From a virus (lineage: Duplodnaviria > Caudoviricetes), in IMG/VR virus record IMGVR_UViG_3300034061_002140, positions 1-55,366 of that record: 55,366 bases of DNA. One strand, given 5' to 3'. The notes beneath the pieces are model-generated. The model was not told where the DNA came from, searched no databases, and saw only the letters and a program-made list of their open reading frames with translations. How positions within the stretch are numbered: position 1 is the stretch's first letter; the number at the start of each line of letters is the position of its first letter. Both the position numbers and the translations under genes were made by a program. This document shows, piece by piece, positions 41,581 through 51,089 of this stretch.

Positions 41581-43623
41581 ATGGAGAAGCTGCCTGCAGT
41601 TCAGTACGACCTGATCAAGCTCGCTGGCGGGCTGGATCAGATCACGCCGACGCTGTCACTGCCATCGGGCTTTGCGCGCCGTGCAGCCAACTTTGAGTGC
41701 AGCCTGAACGGTGGCTATACCCGCATTGCTGGGTATGACCGCTACGACGGCAGGGCCAGCCCGGCGGACGCCCGCTACAACGTCCTGACCTGCACGCTCA
41801 CCGGCTCCGTTGCGGTGGGCAACACCATCACCGGCCTGTCCAGTGCGGCGACCGGCAAGGTGATTGCGATCAGCGGCGCCGACCTGATCATCACCCGCGA
41901 GACAGGCACGTTCTCTGTCAGCGAGTACATCTCGGTGTCTGCGGTCAACGTCGGGCAGATCACATCCATCGTCGGCGTCGTGGCCGACGGGCTGACGGAC
42001 GCCACGTACAAGCTGCTGGCGGCCAACGATTACCGTGCCAGCATCGCCGCCGTGCCGGGCTCGGGCCCGATCCGCGGCGTGCGCTGGTACAAGAGCGACG
42101 TCTACGCCTGGCGCAACAACGCAGGCGGCACCGCACTGGCGATCTACAAGTCCACCTCAAGCGGGTGGACCGCAGTGAGCCTGGGCAAGGAACTGGCCTT
42201 CAGCGCCGGCAGCGCCGAGATCCTTGAGGGCAACACCATCACCGGCGCCACCAGCGGCGCCACGGGCGTCGTGGCCCGCGTGGTGGTGCAGTCTGGTACG
42301 TGGGCCACCAGCGACGCAGCAGGGCGCCTGATCCTGTCCAGCACTTCCGGCACCTTCCAGGCTGCCGAGAACCTGCAGGTGGCGGCCGCTACCAAAGCGG
42401 TGGCCGGCGGCGCAGCCACGCAGATCACGCTGTCGCCCAACGGCCGCGTGGAGACGGTGGTCGCCAACTTCGGCGGTGGCACGAACAACAAGCGCATCTA
42501 CGGCATCGACGGGATCAACCGGGCGTTTGAGTTCGACGGCACGACCTATGTGCCTCTGAGCACGTCGATGAACCCCGACGTGCCGACCAAGATCGCCACG
42601 CACAAGCAGCACCTGTTCCTGGCCTTCGGCGCCTCGCTGCAGTTCTCCTCCATCGGCGACCCGTACTCCTGGGATCCGGTGCTGGGTGCGGGCGAGATCG
42701 CGATGAACGACCTGATCACCGAGCTGATCCTGCTGCCGGGTGACCAGAGCAGCGGGGCGCTGGCGGTCTACACCAAGTCCGATACCTCGGTGCTGTACGG
42801 CTCGAGCGAGGCCAACTTCGCGCTGTCCACGTTCAACGTCGGCACGGGCAGCATGCCCTACACCGCGCAGAACCTCGACCAGACCTACGTGCTCAACGAG
42901 CGCGGGATCATGGCCCTGGGCACGACGCTGAACTTCGGCAACTTCGCCACCGCTACGCTGACGATGAACCTGCGGCCATTCATCCAGGCCAACAGGACGC
43001 TGGCCTCAGCCAGCATCGTCAACCGCGAGAAGGGGCAGTACCGGGTCTTCTTCAGCGACGGTAATGCGCTGTACCTCACCATGGCCAGCGGCAAGTACAT
43101 GGGCGCAATGCCGGTGCAGTACCCCGACCCTGTGCTGTGCGCGACTGAGGGCGAGAGGGCTGACGGCACCGAGACGGCGTTCTTCGGGTCTGACAACGGA
43201 TTCGTGTACCAGATGGACACGAGCGCCTCGTTCGACGGCGAGGACATCGCCGCCAACATCAGCCTGGTCTACAACAACGTGCGCTCGCCCCGGCTGCGCA
43301 AGCGGTTCCGCAAGGCCAGCGTGGAGCTCACGGGTGACTCCTACTCGGTGTTCCAGTTCGGCGTGGACTTCGGCTACCGATCGCAGGAGATCGACCAGCC
43401 CGCCGACAGCACGCACGCCAACGACCTGCGGGCGGCCTTCTGGGACACGTTCGAGTGGGACAACTTCGTGTTCGACGGCAACGACCTGATCCCCAGCGAG
43501 GTGGAGCTGGCGGGCACCGCGGAGAACCTGGCCATCCGCATCTCCTCGGTGTCGAACCTGATCCAGCCGTTCACCGTGAACAGCATCATCCTGCATTACA
43601 CGCCGCGGCGCGGTCTGAGGTAA
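41581..43623 (+). CDS. Tail nozzle / stabilisation protein (tubular B, P22 gp10-like)
   Basis: GGLD..NFE...GGY.RI.GY, HKQHLF, FS.IGDP..W, GFVYQMD...SFDG, RKRFRK; two inserted G(N)TITG..S.ATG.V modules. Confidence 0.75.
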   Translation: MEKLPAVQYDLIKLAGGLDQITPTLSLPSGFARRAANFECSLNGGYTRIAGYDRYDGRASPADARYNVLTCTLTGSVAVGNTITGLSSAATGKVIAISGADLIITRETGTFSVSEYISVSAVNVGQITSIVGVVADGLTDATYKLLAANDYRASIAAVPGSGPIRGVRWYKSDVYAWRNNAGGTALAIYKSTSSGWTAVSLGKELAFSAGSAEILEGNTITGATSGATGVVARVVVQSGTWATSDAAGRLILSSTSGTFQAAENLQVAAATKAVAGGAATQITLSPNGRVETVVANFGGGTNNKRIYGIDGINRAFEFDGTTYVPLSTSMNPDVPTKIATHKQHLFLAFGASLQFSSIGDPYSWDPVLGAGEIAMNDLITELILLPGDQSSGALAVYTKSDTSVLYGSSEANFALSTFNVGTGSMPYTAQNLDQTYVLNERGIMALGTTLNFGNFATATLTMNLRPFIQANRTLASASIVNREKGQYRVFFSDGNALYLTMASGKYMGAMPVQYPDPVLCATEGERADGTETAFFGSDNGFVYQMDTSASFDGEDIAANISLVYNNVRSPRLRKRFRKASVELTGDSYSVFQFGVDFGYRSQEIDQPADSTHANDLRAAFWDTFEWDNFVFDGNDLIPSEVELAGTAENLAIRISSVSNLIQPFTVNSIILHYTPRRGLR

Positions 43624-43626
43624 TCC

Positions 43627-45513
43627 ATGCCAAGCAACGACTACTACGACCACACCACGTACCCGGGCCCCAACGCGCCAGGCTCTTCGGCCGCCCTGCG
43701 AGCCGAGCTCGACTCCATTGAGCAGGGCTTCCTGAAGCTGCCGACGCTGACTGGCAACGGCAACAAGGTGGTGGTGATCAATGCCGGCGGCACGGCCCTG
43801 ACAAGCACGCTGTCGCTGTCTGGCCTGACGCTGAACAGCACGACGATCGGCGCGACCACGCCGGCCTCGGGTTCGTTCACCACGCTGTCGGCCAGCGGAG
43901 CGGCCAACCTGGGCAGCTCGGTCACGATTGCTGGCGGCACGATCAACGGCACGCAGATCGGCAACACGACGCCCTCAAGCGGCGCGTTCACGACGCTGTC
44001 GGCGAGCTCTGGCCTGACAGGCAACGTGACGGGCAACGTCACGGGCAACCTGACTGGAAACGTCACTGCAAGCAGCGGCACCTCCACGTTCAACAACGTC
44101 ACGGTCAACGGCACGCTGGACATGGCCAGTGCGACCGTGGGCACGATCTCCGGGCTGCAGACGCCGAGCGCCAGCGACGATGCGGCCAACAAGGACTACG
44201 TCGACACCCAGCGCGACACGCGCCTGGCGCTGGCCGGCGGCACCATGAGCGGTGCCATCGCCATGGGGTCCAACAAGATCACCGGCCTGGGCACACCGAC
44301 GTCATCGGCCGACGCCACGACCAAGACCTACGTTGACACGCAGGACGCGCTGCGGCTGGCGCTGACGGGCGGCACGATGTCGGGCGCCATCGCGATGGGC
44401 ACGAACGCCATCACGGGTATGGCAGACCCGACCAACGCGCAGGATGCCGCGACCAAGAACTACATCGACACGCTTTTCGGTAGCACGGCCTCTGCAGCGG
44501 CCTCAGCCTCTGCGGCCGCGACCAGCGCGACCAATGCGGCCAACAGCGCCACCACGGCGTCAGGGCATGCGTCCGCAGCGTCCACAAGCGCCAACGATGC
44601 GGCGGCCAGCTACGACGCCTTTGACGACCGCTACCTGGGCGCCAAGGCCAGCGACCCCACGCTCGACAACGACGGCAACGCGCTGCTGACTGGGGCGATC
44701 TACTGGAACACGACGTCCAGCATCATGAAGGTGTGGACGGGGTCTGCGTGGATCGCGACCTACCTTCCGGCCTCAGGCTACCTGCCGCTGTCTGGCGGCA
44801 CGATGACGGGCAACCTGACGGTCAACACCGGGGCCGACTCTCGCGTCCTGCTGCAGAGCAGTGGCACGACGCAGGGCCAGTTCCAGACCACTGCAAGCCA
44901 AGTGCGCGTGGCGTCCAACAACACGCTGCCACTGGTGCTGTCTACCAACGGTGTGGACCGTTTGACGTTTGACGACGTCGGCAACGTCACCTTTGGTTCA
45001 GTAACGGCAAGCGGCGCCTACACCTTCCGCGGCACGAACGCTGCGGACATGGTGGTGCTGGAGTCTCTTGACACATCGGCCTCTGCCGCGCCGGATCTGG
45101 TGCTCTATCGCAACTCGGCGAGCCCTGCGGTTGCAGACCAGCTCGGCGTCATCATCTGGCGCGGCAAGGACAGCGGAGCCGCTGACCAGCAGTACGCCCG
45201 GGTCGGCGCGGAGATTACAGACCCGACTGCTGGATCCGAGGATGCCGACTTGTGGTTTGAGACCACCGGGAACGGCGCAGCCGCCGAGCGTTTTCGGATT
45301 GGCTCGCTAGGTCAGCTCGGCATCGGTGGAGCTACCTACGGCACCAGCGGCCAGGCTCTGGTGTCTGGGGGCGGTTCTGCCGCCCCGACGTGGGCTGATG
45401 TCCTCACGGCCACAGGCACGGAGACGCTGACGAACAAGACTATCGACGGCGCCAACAACACCATCACAAACGTGACCCCCCACTTTCTACTCATGGCTAC
45501 AGGAGTGATCTGA
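43627..45513 (+). CDS. Tail fibre protein
   Basis: ELDSIEQGF N-terminal anchor, GNVT repeats, GGTMSGAIAMG..ITG..PT...DAATK.YVD repeats, FDDRYLGAK..DPTLDNDG. Confidence 0.85.
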   Translation: MPSNDYYDHTTYPGPNAPGSSAALRAELDSIEQGFLKLPTLTGNGNKVVVINAGGTALTSTLSLSGLTLNSTTIGATTPASGSFTTLSASGAANLGSSVTIAGGTINGTQIGNTTPSSGAFTTLSASSGLTGNVTGNVTGNLTGNVTASSGTSTFNNVTVNGTLDMASATVGTISGLQTPSASDDAANKDYVDTQRDTRLALAGGTMSGAIAMGSNKITGLGTPTSSADATTKTYVDTQDALRLALTGGTMSGAIAMGTNAITGMADPTNAQDAATKNYIDTLFGSTASAAASASAAATSATNAANSATTASGHASAASTSANDAAASYDAFDDRYLGAKASDPTLDNDGNALLTGAIYWNTTSSIMKVWTGSAWIATYLPASGYLPLSGGTMTGNLTVNTGADSRVLLQSSGTTQGQFQTTASQVRVASNNTLPLVLSTNGVDRLTFDDVGNVTFGSVTASGAYTFRGTNAADMVVLESLDTSASAAPDLVLYRNSASPAVADQLGVIIWRGKDSGAADQQYARVGAEITDPTAGSEDADLWFETTGNGAAAERFRIGSLGQLGIGGATYGTSGQALVSGGGSAAPTWADVLTATGTETLTNKTIDGANNTITNVTPHFLLMATGVI

Positions 45514-45514
45514 C

Positions 45515-45913
45515 ATGGCGGCTCAACCAGCTTACGCAAACGTCCCCAAGGCTGCGGTAACAGCAATCTCTACCGCAAACACCAATCGGGATGGCACCGG
45601 AACACTCGGCACTGTTTTTACGGCCGGGACCTCCGGCTCAAGAATAGACCGGATTGTTGTCCAGGCAACAGGAACGACGACCGCAGGAATGGTCCGCTTG
45701 TTCTTGCACAACGGCACGACGGCATTCTTGTATGACGAGGTGCCGGTAAGCGCTACGACACCAAGCGCAACAGTGCAGGCTTTTGCTGCAACGCTTGAAG
45801 CGTTCTCTGCTCCAAGGCTCATGCCTCTGGTCCTGCAGACTGGTTGGAGCTTGAGGGCCAGCACGCACAACGCGGAGTCATTCAACATTGTTGCAGTTGG
45901 AGGTGACCTGTAA
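45515..45913 (+). CDS. Fibre-associated structural protein
   Basis: TANTNRDGTGT..FTAG..GSRI; lies between fibre genes. Confidence 0.7.
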   Translation: MAAQPAYANVPKAAVTAISTANTNRDGTGTLGTVFTAGTSGSRIDRIVVQATGTTTAGMVRLFLHNGTTAFLYDEVPVSATTPSATVQAFAATLEAFSAPRLMPLVLQTGWSLRASTHNAESFNIVAVGGDL

Positions 45914-46953
45914 TGAACAATGGATTGTTGCCCATGATGGGCTTTCCCAAAGCCGACGGACTGTACTCGTCTGAAGATAAGGCGATTGCTCCTGCAGTTT
46001 TTGGTTCAGGGCAGTTTCAGATCTTTACTGCTAATGACACTTTTGTGGTGCCAATAGGTGTTTCTCGCATTCGAGTGACGGTAATTGGAGCGGGCGGCGG
46101 CGGCGGCTCTGGTGGAAACGGCGGAGCATCAACGGGCGGCGGCGGCGGCGGATGTGCGATCAGCGTTGTTGAAGTTTCTCGCGGCCAATCGTTCTCCGTC
46201 ACAGTCGGTACTGGCGGCGCAGGCGGGGCATCCGCAGCCGGATCAGCAGGGGGAACTTCTTCTTTTGGCGGCCTGCTCAGCGCAACTGGCGGCGGCGGCG
46301 GAAGCTCAAGCGGTACGGCAGCAACGGGCGGCACTGGTAGCGGCGGCAATTTTGCCAACTTCACGGGCGGCGGTTCTGGAGCGACTTCTGGAAGTTACGC
46401 TGTTTCGGGCGGAGGGTCGAGCGCGACAATTTATGGCAACGGAAAAGCATCTGGCGGCACAACCACAGCCAATTCAGGCTCGGGTGGCGCAAGTATTTTC
46501 TACTCTAGTGTTTCTTACACCAACGTACCATGCGGCGCCGGGACCGGAGGTCCCAATGTTGTAAACACTACTAGCACTGTTAATAATTTTGGTGGTCCTG
46601 GATTTCTTGGTGCTGCGGGCCCGGCGGCGGTGTCTACTGGAGCTGCAAATGGCGGAAGCGCGGGTACGCTTGTGCTTTCTAACACTTTCTGGGGAGCTTT
46701 GGTGGGATCTGGAGGCGGCTCCAATGGTAATGGTGGGGGTGGTCCGGGCGGGCCGGGTGCTGGTGGCGCCGGAACTTTAACAGCAAGTACTGGCGGAGCG
46801 GGTGGCATTTTTGGTGGCGGAGGGTCTGCTTCGGGAAGCTCCAGTCTCGCCACAGGTGGCGTGGGAGGCCCCGGTGGCGGAGGCGGCGCCGGCATGGGCG
46901 TTGGTGGTGTCGGCGGCGCAGGCGGTGTGGGCCTTGTCTTTGTGGAGTACTGA
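45913..46953 (+). CDS. Glycine-rich tail fibre/tip protein
   Basis: FT...TFVVP.GV..I.V.VIGAGGGG..VTVG.GG..GGTSSFG..SATGG.GG, ending G.G.V.VEY. Confidence 0.8.
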   Translation: MNNGLLPMMGFPKADGLYSSEDKAIAPAVFGSGQFQIFTANDTFVVPIGVSRIRVTVIGAGGGGGSGGNGGASTGGGGGGCAISVVEVSRGQSFSVTVGTGGAGGASAAGSAGGTSSFGGLLSATGGGGGSSSGTAATGGTGSGGNFANFTGGGSGATSGSYAVSGGGSSATIYGNGKASGGTTTANSGSGGASIFYSSVSYTNVPCGAGTGGPNVVNTTSTVNNFGGPGFLGAAGPAAVSTGAANGGSAGTLVLSNTFWGALVGSGGGSNGNGGGGPGGPGAGGAGTLTASTGGAGGIFGGGGSASGSSSLATGGVGGPGGGGGAGMGVGGVGGAGGVGLVFVEY

Positions 46954-46954
46954 C

Positions 46955-47347
46955 ATGAAAAAAGCCTGGATTGAAAACGCTCGCATCCGCGATGTTGCCC
47001 CTGGAAACCCGGCCGATCTCTATGTGCCGGAAATCGCGCAGTTCTACGACACTGACGTCCCAGACGATGCTGCCAACGGTGACGGCTGGGTTGACGGCCA
47101 ACTGGTCAAGCCCACGCCGACGCCGCCTGCGCCACTCCCGCCCCGGAAGTGGTCTGACGCAGACGTGCGCGCGGGCCTGTCCCTGGCGGAGCGCGTGAAG
47201 TGGGACAGCGACTCCAGCAACACCATCAAGACTGCCAAGATCGAGATGGCCACGCCGCAGGAGCTTGCGCACACCACCGAGGTGCTGCAGATGCTGGTCG
47301 ATGCCGGAGACATCAGTGCGGCCTCTATGGCCGCTATCTTGGCCTGA
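46955..47347 (+). CDS. Putative tail fibre assembly/chaperone protein
   Basis: ATG 46955 after GGAG; follows Gly-rich fibre. Confidence 0.65.
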   Translation: MKKAWIENARIRDVAPGNPADLYVPEIAQFYDTDVPDDAANGDGWVDGQLVKPTPTPPAPLPPRKWSDADVRAGLSLAERVKWDSDSSNTIKTAKIEMATPQELAHTTEVLQMLVDAGDISAASMAAILA

Positions 47348-47470
47348 TGCCATCCTGGCCGAGGTGCAGGCTGGCACGCGGCCGATGCCTGCCGGGTTCG
47401 CCGACGTCGAGCCTGAGCTGCCCACGCTGGCGTGGCCTATCTGATAATCACAATGCCATAGGATGCCCGC

Positions 47471-47833
47471 ATGATCGCCGACCTCATCGCCGTCCTGTTC
47501 CTGAGTCGCGACATCGCGCACCGGGAGCATCTGTCGACCACCAGCTTCTCTCAGCACATGGCGCTCGGTGAGTTCTACCCGGGTGTGATCGATCTGGCTG
47601 ACAAGCTGGCCGAGGCCTACCAGGGCCGGCACGGCCTGATCGGCACCATCCCCCTGGCCGAGAACGACTTCAAGTCCGGCGGCGCGGTGGGCATCCTGTC
47701 CCAGCACCTGATGTGGATCGAGAACAACCGCTACAAGGCCGCGGCCAAGACAGATTCGACCCTGCAGAACATCATCGACGAGGTGATCGCGCTGTACCTC
47801 AGCACGCTCTACAAGCTCAAGCACTTGAAGTAA
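47471..47833 (+). CDS. Ferritin/Dps-like four-helix protein (DUF5856-like)
   Basis: AH..HL.T.SFSQH.AL.EFY....LAD.LAEAYQG..LQNIIDE.....STLYKL. Confidence 0.8.
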   Translation: MIADLIAVLFLSRDIAHREHLSTTSFSQHMALGEFYPGVIDLADKLAEAYQGRHGLIGTIPLAENDFKSGGAVGILSQHLMWIENNRYKAAAKTDSTLQNIIDEVIALYLSTLYKLKHLK

Positions 47834-47848
47834 GGAAGGCCCCGGCGC

Positions 47849-48169
47849 ATGTCAGACACGACTCAAGATCCCACCGTGCTCAGCATCCAGCTCAAGACCC
47901 TCCACGAGGACGTCAGCGAAATGAAGAGCGTTCTCAAGGATCTCGCCACGGCGATCACCAAGCTGGCGCTGATTGAAGAGCGCCAGGCCAATGCGGCTGC
48001 GGCGCTCGAGCGGGCGTTCGGTGCGCTGGAGCGGGTAGAGAGCCGGGTGTCCGCGCTTGAAAAGGACGTGCCGGCCAACAAGCGCGTGGGCGTCTGGGTG
48101 GACCGTGCGATCTGGGCCGGCATGGGCCTGCTGGCGATGACCGTGATCAAGAAGTCTGGCCTCGGCTGA
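47849..48169 (+). CDS. Coiled-coil protein with C-terminal TM segment
   Basis: KLALIEERQ..ALERAF..RVSALE followed by a hydrophobic helix. Confidence 0.75.
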   Translation: MSDTTQDPTVLSIQLKTLHEDVSEMKSVLKDLATAITKLALIEERQANAAAALERAFGALERVESRVSALEKDVPANKRVGVWVDRAIWAGMGLLAMTVIKKSGLG

Positions 48170-48173
48170 AAAC

Positions 48174-48202
48174 TTCACAATGCCATTGAATGGCTCTACA
48201 AT
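48174..48202 (+). promoter_or_regulatory. Late promoter 3: TTCACA-17-TACAAT (operator motif overlaps -35)
   Basis: One mismatch in each hexamer, 17-nt spacer, upstream of ejection operon. Confidence 0.65.
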
Positions 48203-48240
48203 CCCCGTCGGCCAACTCCGTTCCGAGTCTGGTCAACGGG

Positions 48241-48268
48241 GGCCCGCACATGCGGGCCTTTGTCGTTT
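48241..48268 (+). terminator. Intrinsic terminator-like hairpin in leader of ejection operon
   Basis: GGCCCGC-ACAT-GCGGGCC-TTTGTCGTTT. Confidence 0.65.
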
Positions 48269-48279
48269 GAGGACTTGAT

Positions 48280-51087
48280 ATGGCCACGATGGTTCCCAAC
48301 AACCCCTTCGACGTCCAGGCGCCAGCGCCTGCACCTGCGCCGAATCAGGGTCTGATCCAGCAGGCGGCCGCATTCAATCCGCAGACGCGCCAAGTTGACC
48401 GTGCCACGGAGACGACGGCCGGGCAGGTCGAGTCCCTGCTGTCGAAGAACAACCCGCTGATGCAGCGCGCCCGCACGATGGCGCTGCAGCAGATGAACCA
48501 GCGGGGCCTGGTCAACAGCTCCATGGCCATCGGCGCCTCGCAGGCCGCGATGATCGACCGCATCACGCCGATCGCGCAGGCCGACGCGCAGACCTACAGC
48601 AACCAGGCGCTGGCCAACCAGAGCACGGTCAACCAGGCCGGCCAGTTCAATGCGAGCGAGCAGAACAAGTTCTCCTTGCAGAAGTCGGAGCAGCAGTTCA
48701 CGTCGGGCGAAAACGCAACCCAGCGTCAGTTCCAGACGGGCGAGCGTGTTGGGTCTCAGGCGTTCCAGTCTCAGGAGGCTGCCAACCAGCGTGCGTTCCA
48801 GTCTGCGCAGTCGGAGCTGGATCGGGCCACGCAGGTGTCTCTGGCCGACAAGAGCATTGAGGCGACACGAGCGCTTGAGGCTGCTCGTCAGAACTTCCAG
48901 GCTGCGCAGAGCGCGATAGACCGCGACCAGCAGATGCGGGTGTTGGACGCTCAGCAGACATTCCAGTCTGCGCAGGCCAGCCTGGACCGCGCCACGCAAG
49001 TCTCATTGGCCGACAAGTCGATTGCCGCACAGGCCAGCCTTGCGCAGGCGCAGCAGGCTTTCCAGTCCGCGCAGAATCAGTTGGACCGCAGCCAACAGAT
49101 GGCGGTTCTGGGGGCGCAGCAGAAGTTCCAGAAGGCCGAGGCTGAACTGGATCGTGCGCAGCAAGTGGCGCTGGCCGACAAGAGCATCGAGGCCAACAAG
49201 GCGCTGGAGACGGCACGGCAGAACTTCACTGCCGCGCAGTCCGAACTTGATCGGACTCAGCAGGCCACGCTGCAGACGCAGCAACAAGAGTTCACCAGGA
49301 CCGAGAACGCAGCAGGCCGCACGTTTGAGTCTGGGCAGCGGGAGCTTGACCGCACCCAGCAGGCGGATCTTGCCTCGAAAGCCCAGACCTTCCAGGCTAC
49401 TCAGAACGAGCAGGATCGGGCGCAGCAGCTCATGCTGGCGGACAAGAACATCACCGCTCAGCAAGCTCTGGAGAAGGCGCGGCAGGAGTTCCAGGGCGGT
49501 GAGTCTGCGCTGGATCGGACGCAGCAGCGAGAGCTGCAGACGCAACAGCAGGACTTCACCAGAGGCGAGAACGCCGCCAACAGGACTTTTGAGCAGGGTC
49601 AGCGAGAGCTTGATCGCACCCAGCAAGCCGACTTGGCGTCCAAGGCGCAAACATTCCAGGCTTCGCAGAACGAGAAGGATCGTGCTCAGCAACTGATGCT
49701 CGCTGACAAGAACATCACGGCTCAGCAGGCACTTGAGACGGCGCGGCAGGAGTTCCAACGAGGCGAGTCTGCGCTTGACCGCACGCAGCAGGCGTCCCTT
49801 GCTCAAGCGGCGCAGACCTTCCAAGCATCACAGGCGGAGAAGGACCGCGCTCAGCAGTTGATGCTCACGGACAAGACAATCGACGCCAACAAGGCGCTGG
49901 AGCAGGCAAGACAGGAGTTTCAGCGCGGCGAGAGCGCGCTCGACCGCACTCAGCAACAGGCCTTGGAGACCGCACGCCAGACATTCCAGGCTTCTCAAGC
50001 GGAAATGGATCGTGCCCAGCAACTGATGTTGACTGACAGGACCATCACTGCGAACAAGGCGCTGGAGACTGCACGGCAGGAGTTCCAGCGGGGCGAGAGC
50101 GCGCTTGACCGCACGCAGCAAGCAAACCTGGCCTCGGCGGCGCAGACTTTCCAGGCCACCCAGAACGAGAAAGACCGTGCTCAGCAGATCATGCTGACCG
50201 ACAAAAACATCACGGCGCAACAAGCACTCGAGCAGTCACGTCAAGAGTTCCAGCGTGGCGAAGGAATCATCGCCCGGCAGTTTGAGTCTGGCCAGCGTCA
50301 ACTTGATCGCGATCAGCAGTCGTCTCTGGCAAGCGCTGCTCAGACTTTCCAGGCTACGCAAAACGAAAAGGACCGAGCTCAGCAGCTCATGCTGACAGAC
50401 AGGACCATTTCAGCCAACAAGGCGCTTGAAACCGCGCGGCAGGAATTCCAGCGAGGCGAGAACATCGCAGACCGCACCCAGCAAACCACTCTCCAGACCA
50501 ACCAGCAGACCTTCCAGTCTGGCCAGAACGCGCTGGACCGCACGCAGCAGCAGACCCTGCAGACAGCCCAGCAGTCGTTCCAGCAGACACAGAACCAGCT
50601 TGATCGCAACCACCAGGAGTCGATGACTCGGCTGTCGAACAGCCTCAGCCAAGCCAACGTCTCGGGCACCTTCGCGGCCAACATCACTGCGAACACCAGC
50701 TCTGCGATCAACGCGATCTTGGGTGACGGCAACCTGACGGCAGAGGCCAAGCGCGGTGCGATCGACAACATCATTGCCAACGCCAACAGCACGCTGCAGT
50801 GGGGCTCGTCGTTCTACAACACGCCGCTGCCGGCGGTGACTGCGCCTGGGTCTACCGGGATCATCGGCGGGGTGATCAATCCTGCGCCGGCGGCTCCTGC
50901 GCCAGCGCCTGCAGCACCTGCGCCCGCACCTGCCGCTCCCGCGCCTGCGCCCGCACCGGCGCCCGCACCGTCTCCTGCGCCGGCACCCGCACCGGTGCAG
51001 CCCGAGCCTCGCGACCAGTGGGGCCGCACGGTCGATGACCCGATGTTCGGCCAAGACCCGAACAACTACGGCAACAACACCTACTGA
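48280..51087 (+). CDS. Gln/Ala-rich repetitive coiled-coil protein, putative ejection (DNA-tube) protein
   Basis: NQRGLVNSSMA N-terminal motif; long F..(Q/E)..LDR.QQ repeat array; PA-rich C-terminal linker. Confidence 0.75.
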   Translation: MATMVPNNPFDVQAPAPAPAPNQGLIQQAAAFNPQTRQVDRATETTAGQVESLLSKNNPLMQRARTMALQQMNQRGLVNSSMAIGASQAAMIDRITPIAQADAQTYSNQALANQSTVNQAGQFNASEQNKFSLQKSEQQFTSGENATQRQFQTGERVGSQAFQSQEAANQRAFQSAQSELDRATQVSLADKSIEATRALEAARQNFQAAQSAIDRDQQMRVLDAQQTFQSAQASLDRATQVSLADKSIAAQASLAQAQQAFQSAQNQLDRSQQMAVLGAQQKFQKAEAELDRAQQVALADKSIEANKALETARQNFTAAQSELDRTQQATLQTQQQEFTRTENAAGRTFESGQRELDRTQQADLASKAQTFQATQNEQDRAQQLMLADKNITAQQALEKARQEFQGGESALDRTQQRELQTQQQDFTRGENAANRTFEQGQRELDRTQQADLASKAQTFQASQNEKDRAQQLMLADKNITAQQALETARQEFQRGESALDRTQQASLAQAAQTFQASQAEKDRAQQLMLTDKTIDANKALEQARQEFQRGESALDRTQQQALETARQTFQASQAEMDRAQQLMLTDRTITANKALETARQEFQRGESALDRTQQANLASAAQTFQATQNEKDRAQQIMLTDKNITAQQALEQSRQEFQRGEGIIARQFESGQRQLDRDQQSSLASAAQTFQATQNEKDRAQQLMLTDRTISANKALETARQEFQRGENIADRTQQTTLQTNQQTFQSGQNALDRTQQQTLQTAQQSFQQTQNQLDRNHQESMTRLSNSLSQANVSGTFAANITANTSSAINAILGDGNLTAEAKRGAIDNIIANANSTLQWGSSFYNTPLPAVTAPGSTGIIGGVINPAPAAPAPAPAAPAPAPAAPAPAPAPAPAPSPAPAPAPVQPEPRDQWGRTVDDPMFGQDPNNYGNNTY
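48690..50620 (+). repeat. Coding repeat array with 33/66/99-nt units
   Basis: Phe residues recur at 11-, 22- or 33-aa intervals. Confidence 0.85.
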
Positions 51088-51089
51088 CC

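Noticed and set aside
50881-50996. Pro-Ala low-complexity repeat as a separate element
   Set aside because: In-frame flexible linker of the 935-aa protein; similar short PA tracts occur in neighbouring ejection proteins
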